A stretch of 64,000 nucleotides of DNA, from positions 160,001 to 224,000 of the forward strand of contig BTVJ01000003.1 in NCBI GenBank assembly GCA_045863395.1, given 5' to 3'. This document shows, one piece after another, positions 44,801-53,153 of the stretch. How positions within the stretch are numbered: the stretch's first letter is position 1; each line of letters starts with the position of its first letter. The stretch comes from Myxococcales bacterium. Its GTDB lineage: Bacteria; Myxococcota_A; UBA9042; JABWCM01; BTVJ01. Below the pieces are notes generated by a model. The model saw nothing but the letters and a program-made list of their open reading frames with translations, ran no database searches and had not been told where the DNA came from. The translations under genes were made by a program, and so were the position numbers.

Positions 44801-47800
44801 GTCGCGGACCTCCGGGTCATCGAGCTCTGGCACCGGCGGGCGGCTGTCCACGCGGATCCAGCCCTCCTGGCGTCCAAGCTGGAGCCAGGCGCGAAGGTCG
44901 CGGGCCGCGCGGTGCGCCTGAATGGCTAGCCTGTCGCGATCCCACCGGTCATCGATCAACCTCGCCGTCTCGGGGCCCACATGGACTGGAGTTGCGCGTA
45001 CGAGCGCGTCCAGCGCGCCGGCGGCCTCGAATCGCCACAGGGGCGCGTAGCGGAGGACGACGGCGGGCGGGAGCAACCCCGAGGTGGGGCGCCCGTCGCC
45101 GAGCGCGCCTTGGATGATTTGCTCCGCCTGGTCGCGGGGCAAGACCCCCGCAGAGAAGAGGGCGCGGACCAGCGTCGCGGTGGAGAAGGCCCCGCTGGAG
45201 GGCTCGACTGTGTCATCGACGAGCACGGCTCCGAGCTGGATTGCCAGCGCCGTGTCCGAGTCGTCCGGACCCCGGTGAGCCGCGCCGGACGGCCGGTGCC
45301 AGTCGATTCCGGGTGCGTCGCAGGCTCTCGCGCGAATCTTCATCAGCGTGGCGTGCTCGGCGGCCGGTGGGATCTCGATGGCCCGGACGGCCTGCTCGAA
45401 GACGTCCTCGAAGACCACGAGCCTCCAGCCTGGGCGCTGGTCTCGCAGCGCGTCGAGGAGCCCGAGATGGTGCAGCCACAGGATCTCCAGTGCTCCGACC
45501 AGGAGCTCCACCCCGGCGCTCGGGAGCGGATCGCTCTGCGGGTTGGGCAGCGGGGCAGGGTACGTGCCAGGCTCACTGCGCTCAGCGACGAGGTGCGCGA
45601 ACAGCTCCGCCGGAGGCCGCCCCAACGCCGCACAGAGGAGCGAGAAGGGGACCGCTCCCTCGCGCCAGTTCTGCTCGGTGGCGGCGGCGGTGGCCGCACT
45701 CAGCCGAAGGAGGTCGAGCCCCACCTCCGCGGGTATCCGGGTGACGACGTCGCGCTGCGCGAGGGAGTCCATGTCGGGTGGTGGGAGCTCGGCAGGCCAA
45801 TCCAGCGCCGAGCAGACGCGAAAGTAGGCTCCATGCGCGGCTGGGTCCACCGTGGTCGCCAGCTTGTCGTGGAGCGCACGCCCCATGGCGATGAGCGTAG
45901 CCCTCCGGTCGACGCTCCCCGCCATCGCGAGCAGGATCCCGGTCGCGTCCCCGAGCTCCTTCGCGGTCAGCGCTGCCCAGCCTACGTGCCCGGCTCGCAG
46001 GATCGCCGCCTCGGCGTCACGCTCCTGCCCCCGCATCAGGTGCTCCCGGCCGAGCTGGATCCACGCCTGTGGCGAGTCCGTTGCGTCGGCGTAGCGGGTC
46101 CAGCAGGAGACTGCCTCTGCGGGGGCGACGCTGCTGGCCGCCAGGGCCCGTGCCTGGAGCACGTCAGGGCCTGTCTCATGCGCGAACGGAACGAGCAGCT
46201 CCCAGGCGCGCTGCAGGAGGCGGCGCGGCTCCTCTGTGCCGCTCGCCGCGCAGGCCATGGTCACGCCCGCCACCCGACGGAACCGGGAGCACGGGAGAGC
46301 GGCGACGGCAGCCTCCATGTGTGGAACGGCAGCCTGGAGGTCGCCGGCGTGGGTCAGAACCTGAGCAGCGACCCACTCGATGGGGCCACGGCCGGGCCAC
46401 TGGCGCGCCAGCTCCTCTGCGAGCGGACGGGCCTCGTCGGGGTCTCGCTCCGCGACGCTCCCGACGGCCTCCAACCGACGCAGCCACGGATGCACGTCGA
46501 GCCTCGAGCCCAGCTCCGCGTCTGGTGCCGGCTCCTGCGGATACTCCGCCTGGAGGCGCCGGTGCAGCTCGGCGGTGCGCGGGTCCATCGTCAGCCATGC
46601 GTACCGCGTCTCCAGGCTGAGCCGCGCGCCTCTCAGCGGGCCTGGGAGCGTCTCGTCCGGGAGCTCGCGGAGAGACTCCTCGAAGCGGCGGACCACCTCC
46701 GGCCGCTCCGCCACGGGGATGGGCTCCTCCTGAGCGGGGAACTCCAGGACGGTCGCGGAGATGGCACGCAGCAGGCCGTCGAGCGCCGCCAGCCGCCACC
46801 GGGGCAGCGTCTCCTGATCGAGCGCACGCAGCATCAGTCGGGCGGCGGACCAGGCCCTGCCGCGGTCGACGAGGTGCCGTGCAGCAGGGAGCGTGACCAT
46901 CAGCTCGTCTGCGAGCGGCTCGGGCATGCGCCCCTCGGCCAGTGCGAGGAGCTGGCGGGCGAGCGCAACGGCCCCGTCGCCCTGGGCGGGCAGCAGCGCC
47001 CTGGCGCTCTCCAGCTCCCGCACCTGGACCAGCCCCTGCGCCAGGACTCCTCTCCCCTTGTCGTCGAGCGGCTGAGGGTCCACGGCCAGGAGGACCTCTC
47101 GTGCCTCATCGACGCGCTGGAGACAGAGCAGGGAGGAGGCCACGTTGAGGCGCAACGCCTCGGCGTTCCTCCTGGTCTCGGCATCAGCCCTGGAGGGGAG
47201 GGCGTCGACCAGCTCGAGTGCGCGCCGATAGAGGGCAAGCGCTTCCTCGAACCGACCCTCGCCGAAGCGCTGGCGGGCGTCTCGCAGCTCGTGGGGCAGG
47301 TGCGTCACGACGACACGCGCGAGTCGCGTGCCAGAGCGCTGCGCCCGCCGGTCACGGGCCTTCGCGGCCAGCGCCTCGAGGAAGGGCGCGACCTGGTCGA
47401 GCGATGTGAGCCCGATCAGTCGCAAATGGCCGTCTGCCCTCGCCGTGACGAGCCGAGACGTCGGCTCGAGCCAGAACGGTCCAACTCGGTGGCCCTCGAA
47501 GTCAGCCAGGCATCGCGTGATCTCATCGACGAGGTGGGGGTCACCGTAGCCGTATCCGACCAGCAGGACCTGGCCCTGCGTGAGAAAAGCGCTCAACACC
47601 CGCCGCCAGGCCTCGGCATTGTGATACACGCCGCGGAAGTCCGCATGCGTCAGGACGAGGTCGTGGTGGCTCGCTGCGTCGCCGTGCAGCTTCAGCACGT
47701 GACCCACGTCAAACCGGGCGATGCGCTCCACCTCGCTGATGGTGCAGACCTCGGCGGGGCCGCCGCGCTCTCTGAGCGCCCGCTCGAGCAGGCCGTCGTA

Positions 47801-48175
47801 GTTCGTCGTGAGGAACGCGGCCCCCGGCAAGGCAGCCAGCGCCCGATGGGTGATGGTCGGCCGCAGCGTGGGGTCGGAGAAGCGAGCGGCGACCTGAGCC
47901 TTCGCCCAGCCCTCGGGGAGCAGGCTCGCCGCGGTGATCGGATTGCCGCACCTGGCTTCACGGCGCGCTTCTTCGGACGTAGCCGCGTCAAGCAGTCCCG
48001 CGGACTCCGCTTCGTCGGCGAGCTGCTCCACGAGCTCGCGCCACCCCGGAAGCCCGGGGGGCGCGTCGGACTCGGAGTCCGCCCGGGAGGCCCCCGCCCC
48101 CACGACAACCAGCAGGCGGTCCGAGGCCGCGGCGTCGACGAGGTCCTCGGGGATGGGCGGAAGGTCTGGTGTCAC
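41849..48175 (-). CDS. Large SIR2-domain + TPR protein (putative defence effector)
   Basis: VVVGAGAS..LPGW, TTNYD.LLE, LKLHGD, LVLT..DF, VGYGYGDP (SIR2_2-like), followed by TPR-like helices; 2108 aa; CAGGAG RBS upstream. Confidence 0.85.
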   Translation of the reverse strand: MTPDLPPIPEDLVDAAASDRLLVVVGAGASRADSESDAPPGLPGWRELVEQLADEAESAGLLDAATSEEARREARCGNPITAASLLPEGWAKAQVAARFSDPTLRPTITHRALAALPGAAFLTTNYDGLLERALRERGGPAEVCTISEVERIARFDVGHVLKLHGDAASHHDLVLTHADFRGVYHNAEAWRRVLSAFLTQGQVLLVGYGYGDPHLVDEITRCLADFEGHRVGPFWLEPTSRLVTARADGHLRLIGLTSLDQVAPFLEALAAKARDRRAQRSGTRLARVVVTHLPHELRDARQRFGEGRFEEALALYRRALELVDALPSRADAETRRNAEALRLNVASSLLCLQRVDEAREVLLAVDPQPLDDKGRGVLAQGLVQVRELESARALLPAQGDGAVALARQLLALAEGRMPEPLADELMVTLPAARHLVDRGRAWSAARLMLRALDQETLPRWRLAALDGLLRAISATVLEFPAQEEPIPVAERPEVVRRFEESLRELPDETLPGPLRGARLSLETRYAWLTMDPRTAELHRRLQAEYPQEPAPDAELGSRLDVHPWLRRLEAVGSVAERDPDEARPLAEELARQWPGRGPIEWVAAQVLTHAGDLQAAVPHMEAAVAALPCSRFRRVAGVTMACAASGTEEPRRLLQRAWELLVPFAHETGPDVLQARALAASSVAPAEAVSCWTRYADATDSPQAWIQLGREHLMRGQERDAEAAILRAGHVGWAALTAKELGDATGILLAMAGSVDRRATLIAMGRALHDKLATTVDPAAHGAYFRVCSALDWPAELPPPDMDSLAQRDVVTRIPAEVGLDLLRLSAATAAATEQNWREGAVPFSLLCAALGRPPAELFAHLVAERSEPGTYPAPLPNPQSDPLPSAGVELLVGALEILWLHHLGLLDALRDQRPGWRLVVFEDVFEQAVRAIEIPPAAEHATLMKIRARACDAPGIDWHRPSGAAHRGPDDSDTALAIQLGAVLVDDTVEPSSGAFSTATLVRALFSAGVLPRDQAEQIIQGALGDGRPTSGLLPPAVVLRYAPLWRFEAAGALDALVRATPVHVGPETARLIDDRWDRDRLAIQAHRAARDLRAWLQLGRQEGWIRVDSRPPVPELDDPEVRDRHPLAADYLRELLQRWRWCNGQRRILVAEAAASALHPVALLDAARALAPLPSLASTLHHERTSVRKREVHLPDLVDRLCPPAEAMPKREQLAEHGTIEALGSDLLKELARRYATLDQGRPARLLAAVPAAFRRAHLGQGPLVLFVAQTFAAALADTWLPDGADLQAAERLTRALLDTAEESGKSLLLARHSASDAPPSSVADPGALTQPLLVFLGLAALRTPLAAFTREGDAYASSMDAPAGRMWTAIGRWVQGAPSRREPAQRALSDLWVSMGPRLQDSGEGPPPELVSLEQATLALAADTGPHALTRGALATLVIASSQWEQQPLERVGLRVSGDGGTRFVSLLELVQRCVSLVEAQPRALVDADGDIQFTYEDAGGLTVAAEVPAEAVVLRLGASALGTWATWAAARFGPLDGRLHDAFLGAASDPADGARLEAAAVAAARAPWRHMRQDPSWLFSWQLGGVPFATLKDVDELRQILSEPGPLPDGPLVEILRDRLTTGAWSHRRDKWELLLMLARIPGPLANLSATLLDADERSAELLNEALGHMRDPDSVPTGWLSASLVVLRAAAAQKAVWDLPAGQVDLRSELPRLVEGVIGTLVPTTSPTGDAAATLPRRAQPGFARREPQILRLCQRVVESLAGADAPPRERMWLTWRLATWFITLLDAAPLEARQAFMQRLDEHGLDAWGAPHSSDVPDPARYAGGRQLRTMAVLHALRSSEELARSRDGAELHSVATRGVLAVLRELASREPTPDEREHRRGGRTDAVVDWSPAATVPDLAMLVLLRLDSDQWASLAPDVRLRWLKDAGRPKHLPDTPPDPVRPVVLVAAAQAIDEASDSELEALEVLHRTGAETLGDVAHFAVSVALHALGRIPVDPGVHRLLAARAQHPNWAAFAGRHLLATARSSPDQLAGEVDELDRLVAENGGDRIAVALALGSAAMEAPPAGRDEARVILAGLATRDPWQHDVRVRQLLAALEQIE

Positions 48176-48506
48176 CGATGTCTCCTGGCTCTCCCGTGTC
48201 GCGAGTACCCCGCAGACGCATCCAGAGTTCCCGAACGCGGCATGCGCGTCAACGCTAGCGCAGGACCAGCGCCCCGCCTCGCAGCCATCAGGGTTGAACC
48301 ATGGCGCTGCTGCATCGTGATGGAAGATGTAGCCGCGCTCACCATCGAGCGTGGTTCCGCACCCTGGGGGGTCTTCTCGCTCCGGCAGCCCACGCCTCGG
48401 GGCTTGCTCTCCAAGGGCTGGTCCCCGCGTGGGCGACCGCGCTCACTTTGCCAGATGACACGCACCGGCACCTGTGGTACGGTCCTGCATTCCCCGGAGG
48501 ACAGCC

Positions 48507-49859
48507 ATGACGAGCACCCGCGCCCAGGCCGAGCGTCAAGCCGCCACGTCGCCCGTAGCCACTGATGTGACCGCGCCAGAGGCCCCAAGCCGCGCCAACG
48601 GCTTGCTCGGGGGATTGGAGGGCTACGCGGCCCAAGCCGCCCGCCTCTCGCCCCAGGGGCAGGTGGGTGGCCAGCCTGTCGCCGCCCCGGACGCTGCCCA
48701 CGGCGCCGCCACCACCACCCAGGTCGCCCCCTCGGTGACCACCGACGCCTCCCCCGTCGCCGAGCCTGCGTCAGCGGATGCGCCGGCCGGCCCGGAGGCG
48801 CTCAGCCCCATCCGCCAGGCGATCATCGAGCGCTGCAACGCGCTGGATGGCAAGGGCGTCGGCGACAAGGAGTTCGACGCCATCTGCACGGAGACGTGGT
48901 GGCGCGAGCGCCAGGAGCTGGAGAAGAACAACAAGAAGTACAACAAGGAGCAGCTCGCGACGGACGTCGCCAAGTGGGAGCGGGAGCGGTCGCAGCACGA
49001 GGGCGACAAGGAGTGGCTGAAGAAGCACCCCAAGCCCATGCGCAAGGACGACTCGCACTTCACGACGTGCATCGCGGCGCAGAGCAAGGTGCTGGAGATG
49101 GCGCTCCAGGCGACGGGCACCGAGATCAAGGACTCGAAGGTCCTCTCGTACGGCACCATGGGCCGGCTGGAGGCGAAGAAGCGCGGCGCCTGGGTGGAGG
49201 CGAAGGTCGGGATGTCCGAGCGCCCGAAGCCCGGAGACATCCTGGTGCTGGAGATGCGCGGCGCCCCCGACAAGGTGCAGGCCGACATCGACGGCGAGAG
49301 CTCGGCCTACTCGCTCTTCGCGACGAACGTCAAGAGCCTCGAGAAGCAGCTCGCGCAGCAGCGCGCGGCCGCCCAGAGCACGACCGCGGCCATCGCTGCC
49401 GCCGCCACCGCGAAGGTGCCGCAGATCGAGCAGAAGCTGGCCGCTCTCCGGGCAGCCCACGACGCAAAGATCGCCGCGCTGCAGGTCAAGCTCGACGAGG
49501 CCCGGCTCACGACGGCCGCCACGGCGGGCACCGAGCGGGCGCTCAAGGGCGGCAACCGCGTGGGGGGCCTCGAGTTCTCCCACGTGGGCATCTTCACCGG
49601 CAGTCAACCGGAGCTCGACGCCAGCGGGCTGCCCACCGGCCGCGAGATCTGGTCCACCTTCGATGGGGGCGCGCACGTCCCCGGCAAGGTCGACGACCAG
49701 GGCGCCAAGAGCGGCAAGCGCATCTACGATCCGCGCACCAACGAGATCGTGGGCGCGAAGACCGGGCCCGGCGGTATCGCGACCCAGGACGGCAAGACCC
49801 GGTGGCTCGGGGGCTGGACGAACGTGGACTCCCTGGTGACTCCGGCTCAGCGCCGCTAG
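48507..49859 (+). CDS. Hypothetical protein with split NlpC/P60- or CHAP-like motifs and coiled coil
   Basis: GGAGG RBS; FTTC...PKPGDILVL...[coiled coil]...FSHVGIF...TFDGG...GWTNVD. Confidence 0.55.
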   Translation: MTSTRAQAERQAATSPVATDVTAPEAPSRANGLLGGLEGYAAQAARLSPQGQVGGQPVAAPDAAHGAATTTQVAPSVTTDASPVAEPASADAPAGPEALSPIRQAIIERCNALDGKGVGDKEFDAICTETWWRERQELEKNNKKYNKEQLATDVAKWERERSQHEGDKEWLKKHPKPMRKDDSHFTTCIAAQSKVLEMALQATGTEIKDSKVLSYGTMGRLEAKKRGAWVEAKVGMSERPKPGDILVLEMRGAPDKVQADIDGESSAYSLFATNVKSLEKQLAQQRAAAQSTTAAIAAAATAKVPQIEQKLAALRAAHDAKIAALQVKLDEARLTTAATAGTERALKGGNRVGGLEFSHVGIFTGSQPELDASGLPTGREIWSTFDGGAHVPGKVDDQGAKSGKRIYDPRTNEIVGAKTGPGGIATQDGKTRWLGGWTNVDSLVTPAQRR

Positions 49860-50033
49860 GCAGGAGTCTCCCCGTGTGACAGAGGCCCGGTGGCGGTCGT
49901 CGCTGCCCGCGGGTGGGGAGACTCCAGGCAAGGCTGGTCCGGCGAGAGCCGGAGACAGGGGGCCGAATCCGCTCCAACGGGTGGGGGGCGCGGATCCGCG
50001 GGTGTCAACCGAGCCTGCAGCCCCCCGGCGGGG

Positions 50034-51752
50034 TCAGAGCTTCCCCGTCTTGATGTCCGCCAGGAGCTCGTCCGCCGCCGCGATGCCCGAGAGCGCCGCG
50101 CCCTCCATGTAGCCCTGCCAACTGTAGAATGAGTCCGTGTGCTCGCCGGCGAACTTGAGGGGGCCGGCAGACTGGCCCTCCAGGCCGGCGATGGTCGTGA
50201 AGTAGCCGGGCTGAGGGCAGGAGTAGGACCCGAGGCTGTAGCGCTGGGAGGTCCAGTGCCCGCGCACGGCGACGTAGCGCCCGCCCACCGTGGAGGCGCG
50301 GGAGGTCACGCCGGGCCACACCTGCTCCAGGTCCGAGAGGAACGCCCCGACCTGCGCCTGGACGGGGTCCGACGGAGCGTCCGTCGGAACGGCGTAGGGG
50401 CTGCCGGTGTGGCAGCTCCCGCAGCTCAGGGTCTGGGAGCTGCCGCCGGGCAGGGGGGCCAGGGTCTGGAGCGCCGCGCCCCGGTTGCCGCCGGAGTAGT
50501 CGGTGAGCACGGCCGTGGCCCCCGCGGTGGTCCAGCTCGTCTCCCACGTCGTCTGGACATTGGGCTGGTCGGTGTAGACGGAGCCGTTACAGCCCTGCTC
50601 CGCCCAGGGGCGCCCGTCGAAGCCGATCATGGTCTTGGCGTTGGTCCCGTAGGGGAGGTCCTTGATGGCGCGGAGCTTGTCAGCCGACAGGCCGAGGGAG
50701 GGGTCGAGTACAACGCCATTCGAGTTCGGTGCCCGCAGCACGGAGAACGGCACGGTCAGCACCACCGCGTCCGCGAGGACGGAGGGGGCGCCGTCCGGCG
50801 TGCCGAACCAGAGCTGGTACTTGCCATCGCTGCCGCGCGCCAGCTTGCGGAGCCGCGCGCCCATGACGATCTGGCCCGGCATGGACGCCGCCAGCCCCGC
50901 CGGGATCCGGTCGTTGCCCTCCACGACGTGGTACCGCTCGTCGCTGAACACGCCGAAGGGGGTGAACTTGGAGCGCCGGTCGAAGTGGATGAAGCACATC
51001 AGGTTGAGGGCGCTCTGCTCGTGGATCTCGCGGCCGTACTCGATGGTGTAGGCCACGTCGAGGACCTTGCGGATGATGGGCAGGTCCCCTGCCTTCTGGT
51101 CGAGCCAGGTCGCGAGATCCGTGAAGTCCAGGGCAGCCTCCTGGGCGTTGTGCTTGAAGAACGTGGGCTTGCCGAGCTTCTTGAGGTCCGGCCGCGCGCG
51201 CCCCACCAGCTCCCGCCACTCGGCGACCACCTCGGCCTCGGTGCGCTTGGCGCCGCCCACGTGGTAGAACACGTCGCCCGGCGCCTTCGCTACGTCTTCC
51301 AGGGTCAGCCCCAGGCCCTTCGCGTACCCGATCAGCGTCTTGTGGCCCGTGTCGATGAGCTCGCCGCCGCGCTCCGCCACCTGGCCTGGGAAGGCGTCGG
51401 TCGAGGAGATGCGCCCGCCGATGCGCGACGGGTGCGCCTCGTAGATGGTGGCCAGGATGCCCTTCTGGCGCAGGCGGTCGGCGCAGGCGAGGCCGCCCAT
51501 GCCGGCGCCGATGATCGCGATGCTCGGGGCCGACGGCTGCTTCTTGGCGGCGAGGGCCTCCAGCGGCCAGGCGGCGCTGAGGGCGGCGGCGCCGGCGACG
51601 CCACGCAGGAAGTCGCGGCGCCGCATGTTGGCGCGGTGCTCCAGCGTCTGCGCCGCCTCGACGGCGTCCTCGGTGCGGAGGTGGCGCGCGTCGGCAAAGC
51701 GTGCGATGCGGAGCGCGCGGCTCAGGTCGGTCAGCAGCGGGGTTCTCGCCAT
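50034..51752 (-). CDS. Flavin monoamine oxidase family protein with twin-arginine motif
   Basis: RRRDFL; IIGAGMGGL, RIGGR, ERGGELID, GSYS, FAGEHT..QGYMEGA. Confidence 0.9.
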   Translation of the reverse strand: MARTPLLTDLSRALRIARFADARHLRTEDAVEAAQTLEHRANMRRRDFLRGVAGAAALSAAWPLEALAAKKQPSAPSIAIIGAGMGGLACADRLRQKGILATIYEAHPSRIGGRISSTDAFPGQVAERGGELIDTGHKTLIGYAKGLGLTLEDVAKAPGDVFYHVGGAKRTEAEVVAEWRELVGRARPDLKKLGKPTFFKHNAQEAALDFTDLATWLDQKAGDLPIIRKVLDVAYTIEYGREIHEQSALNLMCFIHFDRRSKFTPFGVFSDERYHVVEGNDRIPAGLAASMPGQIVMGARLRKLARGSDGKYQLWFGTPDGAPSVLADAVVLTVPFSVLRAPNSNGVVLDPSLGLSADKLRAIKDLPYGTNAKTMIGFDGRPWAEQGCNGSVYTDQPNVQTTWETSWTTAGATAVLTDYSGGNRGAALQTLAPLPGGSSQTLSCGSCHTGSPYAVPTDAPSDPVQAQVGAFLSDLEQVWPGVTSRASTVGGRYVAVRGHWTSQRYSLGSYSCPQPGYFTTIAGLEGQSAGPLKFAGEHTDSFYSWQGYMEGAALSGIAAADELLADIKTGKL

Positions 51753-51882
51753 GGGGACTCTCCACCAGCTCAGGTTGGGGTACGCGGGTGGCGGTACTCT
51801 CGCACGGCGCCCTCCAACCGGGCAAGGCAATTATGGTGATCCTGGTCTGTAGATCTGGTGCTGCGGTTGGCACCGGACCGCG

Positions 51883-51912
51883 TTGACGGCCCGGCGTCCT
51901 CGTCTCTATGCT
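51883..51912 (+). promoter_or_regulatory. Sigma-70-like promoter of the radical SAM genes
   Basis: TTGACG-N18-TATGCT. Confidence 0.5.
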
Positions 51913-51952
51913 GCCCGGGACCGGCCGAGCCGGGTGGCACAGGGAGAGAGAC

Positions 51953-53101
51953 GTGGTCGAGCCGCAGAGGCGCTGGTCGGACGAGGTCGCGAGGCACCTG
52001 CTGGCGCCGCTGCTGCGCACGCCCGTCTCCCGGTCGGGGTGGCGCCTCGTGAGCTGGGACGCCGAGCAGGGCATCTGCGTGTCCCTGGCCAAGGGGGACA
52101 CGGTGCTCCTGGTGGAGCTCGAGGACCGAGACGACGCCCGCCCTTGCTTCGACCACACGCGCCTGTTCAACGCCACCGTCCGCCGCCAGTTCCAGGCCAC
52201 GGTCCCGATCACGGACGAGGATCGGGCGGTCACCGACGCGCTGCTCGCCATGGTGCGGCGCCGCGAGGCGGATCTGGAGCTGCCCGAGCGCTCGGTCTCC
52301 AGTCGCCGCACCCACGTGCGGACCATCGAGGTGGACCGGGTGCTCATGCCCGAGGGGCAGGGCCACTACTACCTGAACCCCTACGTGGGCTGCATGATCG
52401 GCTGCTCCTTCTGCTACGTGATGGACCGCGCCGATCTGTCGCGGCGCCTGGAGGGGCTGCCGGCCGTCCCCTGGGGGAGCTGGGTGGACGTCAAGGTGAA
52501 CGCCCCGGACGTACTGAGAGAGGAGCTGCGCCGTCTGCCGCCGGGGCTCGTCCGCATGAGCCCCATCGTCACCGACCCGTACATGCCGCTGGAGCGCAAG
52601 TATCGCGTCACGCGCCAATGCCTGGAGCTGCTGCTGCCGGCGGGGTTCCGCCCCGTGCTCCTGACCCGGGCGGCGCGGGTGGTGGACGACCTGGACCTGC
52701 TCCGGGCGTGGCCCAACGTCGCCGTGGGGCTGTCCATCCCCACCGACGACGACCGCTGGCGCGCCCTGTTCGAGCCCGGCGGCGACCCCATCGAGGAGCG
52801 CTTCGAGGCGCTGGAGGCGCTCGCCGCGGCCGGCGTCAGCACCTTTGCGGTCGTCCAGCCCATGCTCCCCATGGACCCCGAGCGCCTCGCCGCCCGCATC
52901 GGGCCCCTGGCCCGGGCGGTGCGCGTGGACCGCATGCACGACCTCTGGCGCGTCCGGCACCTGTATGAGCAGGGGGGCATCCCCTGGGCTGCTGAGGACG
53001 CGTTCTTCGTGGAGACCGAGGCCGCGCTGCGGGCGAGCTTCGCGAGGCAGGGGGTTCCCGTCGACGACCTGGACGATCTGGCGCCGCTGGTGGCCGGGTG
53101 A
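51953..53101 (+). CDS. Radical SAM protein, SplB/spore-photoproduct-lyase-like family, with N-terminal extra domain
   Basis: LNPYVGCMIGCSFCY, VDVKVNAP, TDPYMPLERKYRVTRQCL, FEPG..ER. Confidence 0.85.
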   Translation: MVEPQRRWSDEVARHLLAPLLRTPVSRSGWRLVSWDAEQGICVSLAKGDTVLLVELEDRDDARPCFDHTRLFNATVRRQFQATVPITDEDRAVTDALLAMVRRREADLELPERSVSSRRTHVRTIEVDRVLMPEGQGHYYLNPYVGCMIGCSFCYVMDRADLSRRLEGLPAVPWGSWVDVKVNAPDVLREELRRLPPGLVRMSPIVTDPYMPLERKYRVTRQCLELLLPAGFRPVLLTRAARVVDDLDLLRAWPNVAVGLSIPTDDDRWRALFEPGGDPIEERFEALEALAAAGVSTFAVVQPMLPMDPERLAARIGPLARAVRVDRMHDLWRVRHLYEQGGIPWAAEDAFFVETEAALRASFARQGVPVDDLDDLAPLVAG

Positions 53102-53153
53102 GTGGGACTGTCCGGCGGACGCGGGCAGGGGCGCTGGGGCTCGCGGTGCCCCC

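Noticed and set aside
49863..49926. Inverted repeat GGAGTCTCCC...GGGAGACTCC
   Set aside because: Short stem with a long loop between convergent genes; at most a terminator-like element.
31018..53101. UV-repair cluster (photolyase + SplB-like rSAM)
   Set aside because: About 20 kb apart and in unrelated operons; SplB-like family membership does not establish lyase activity.
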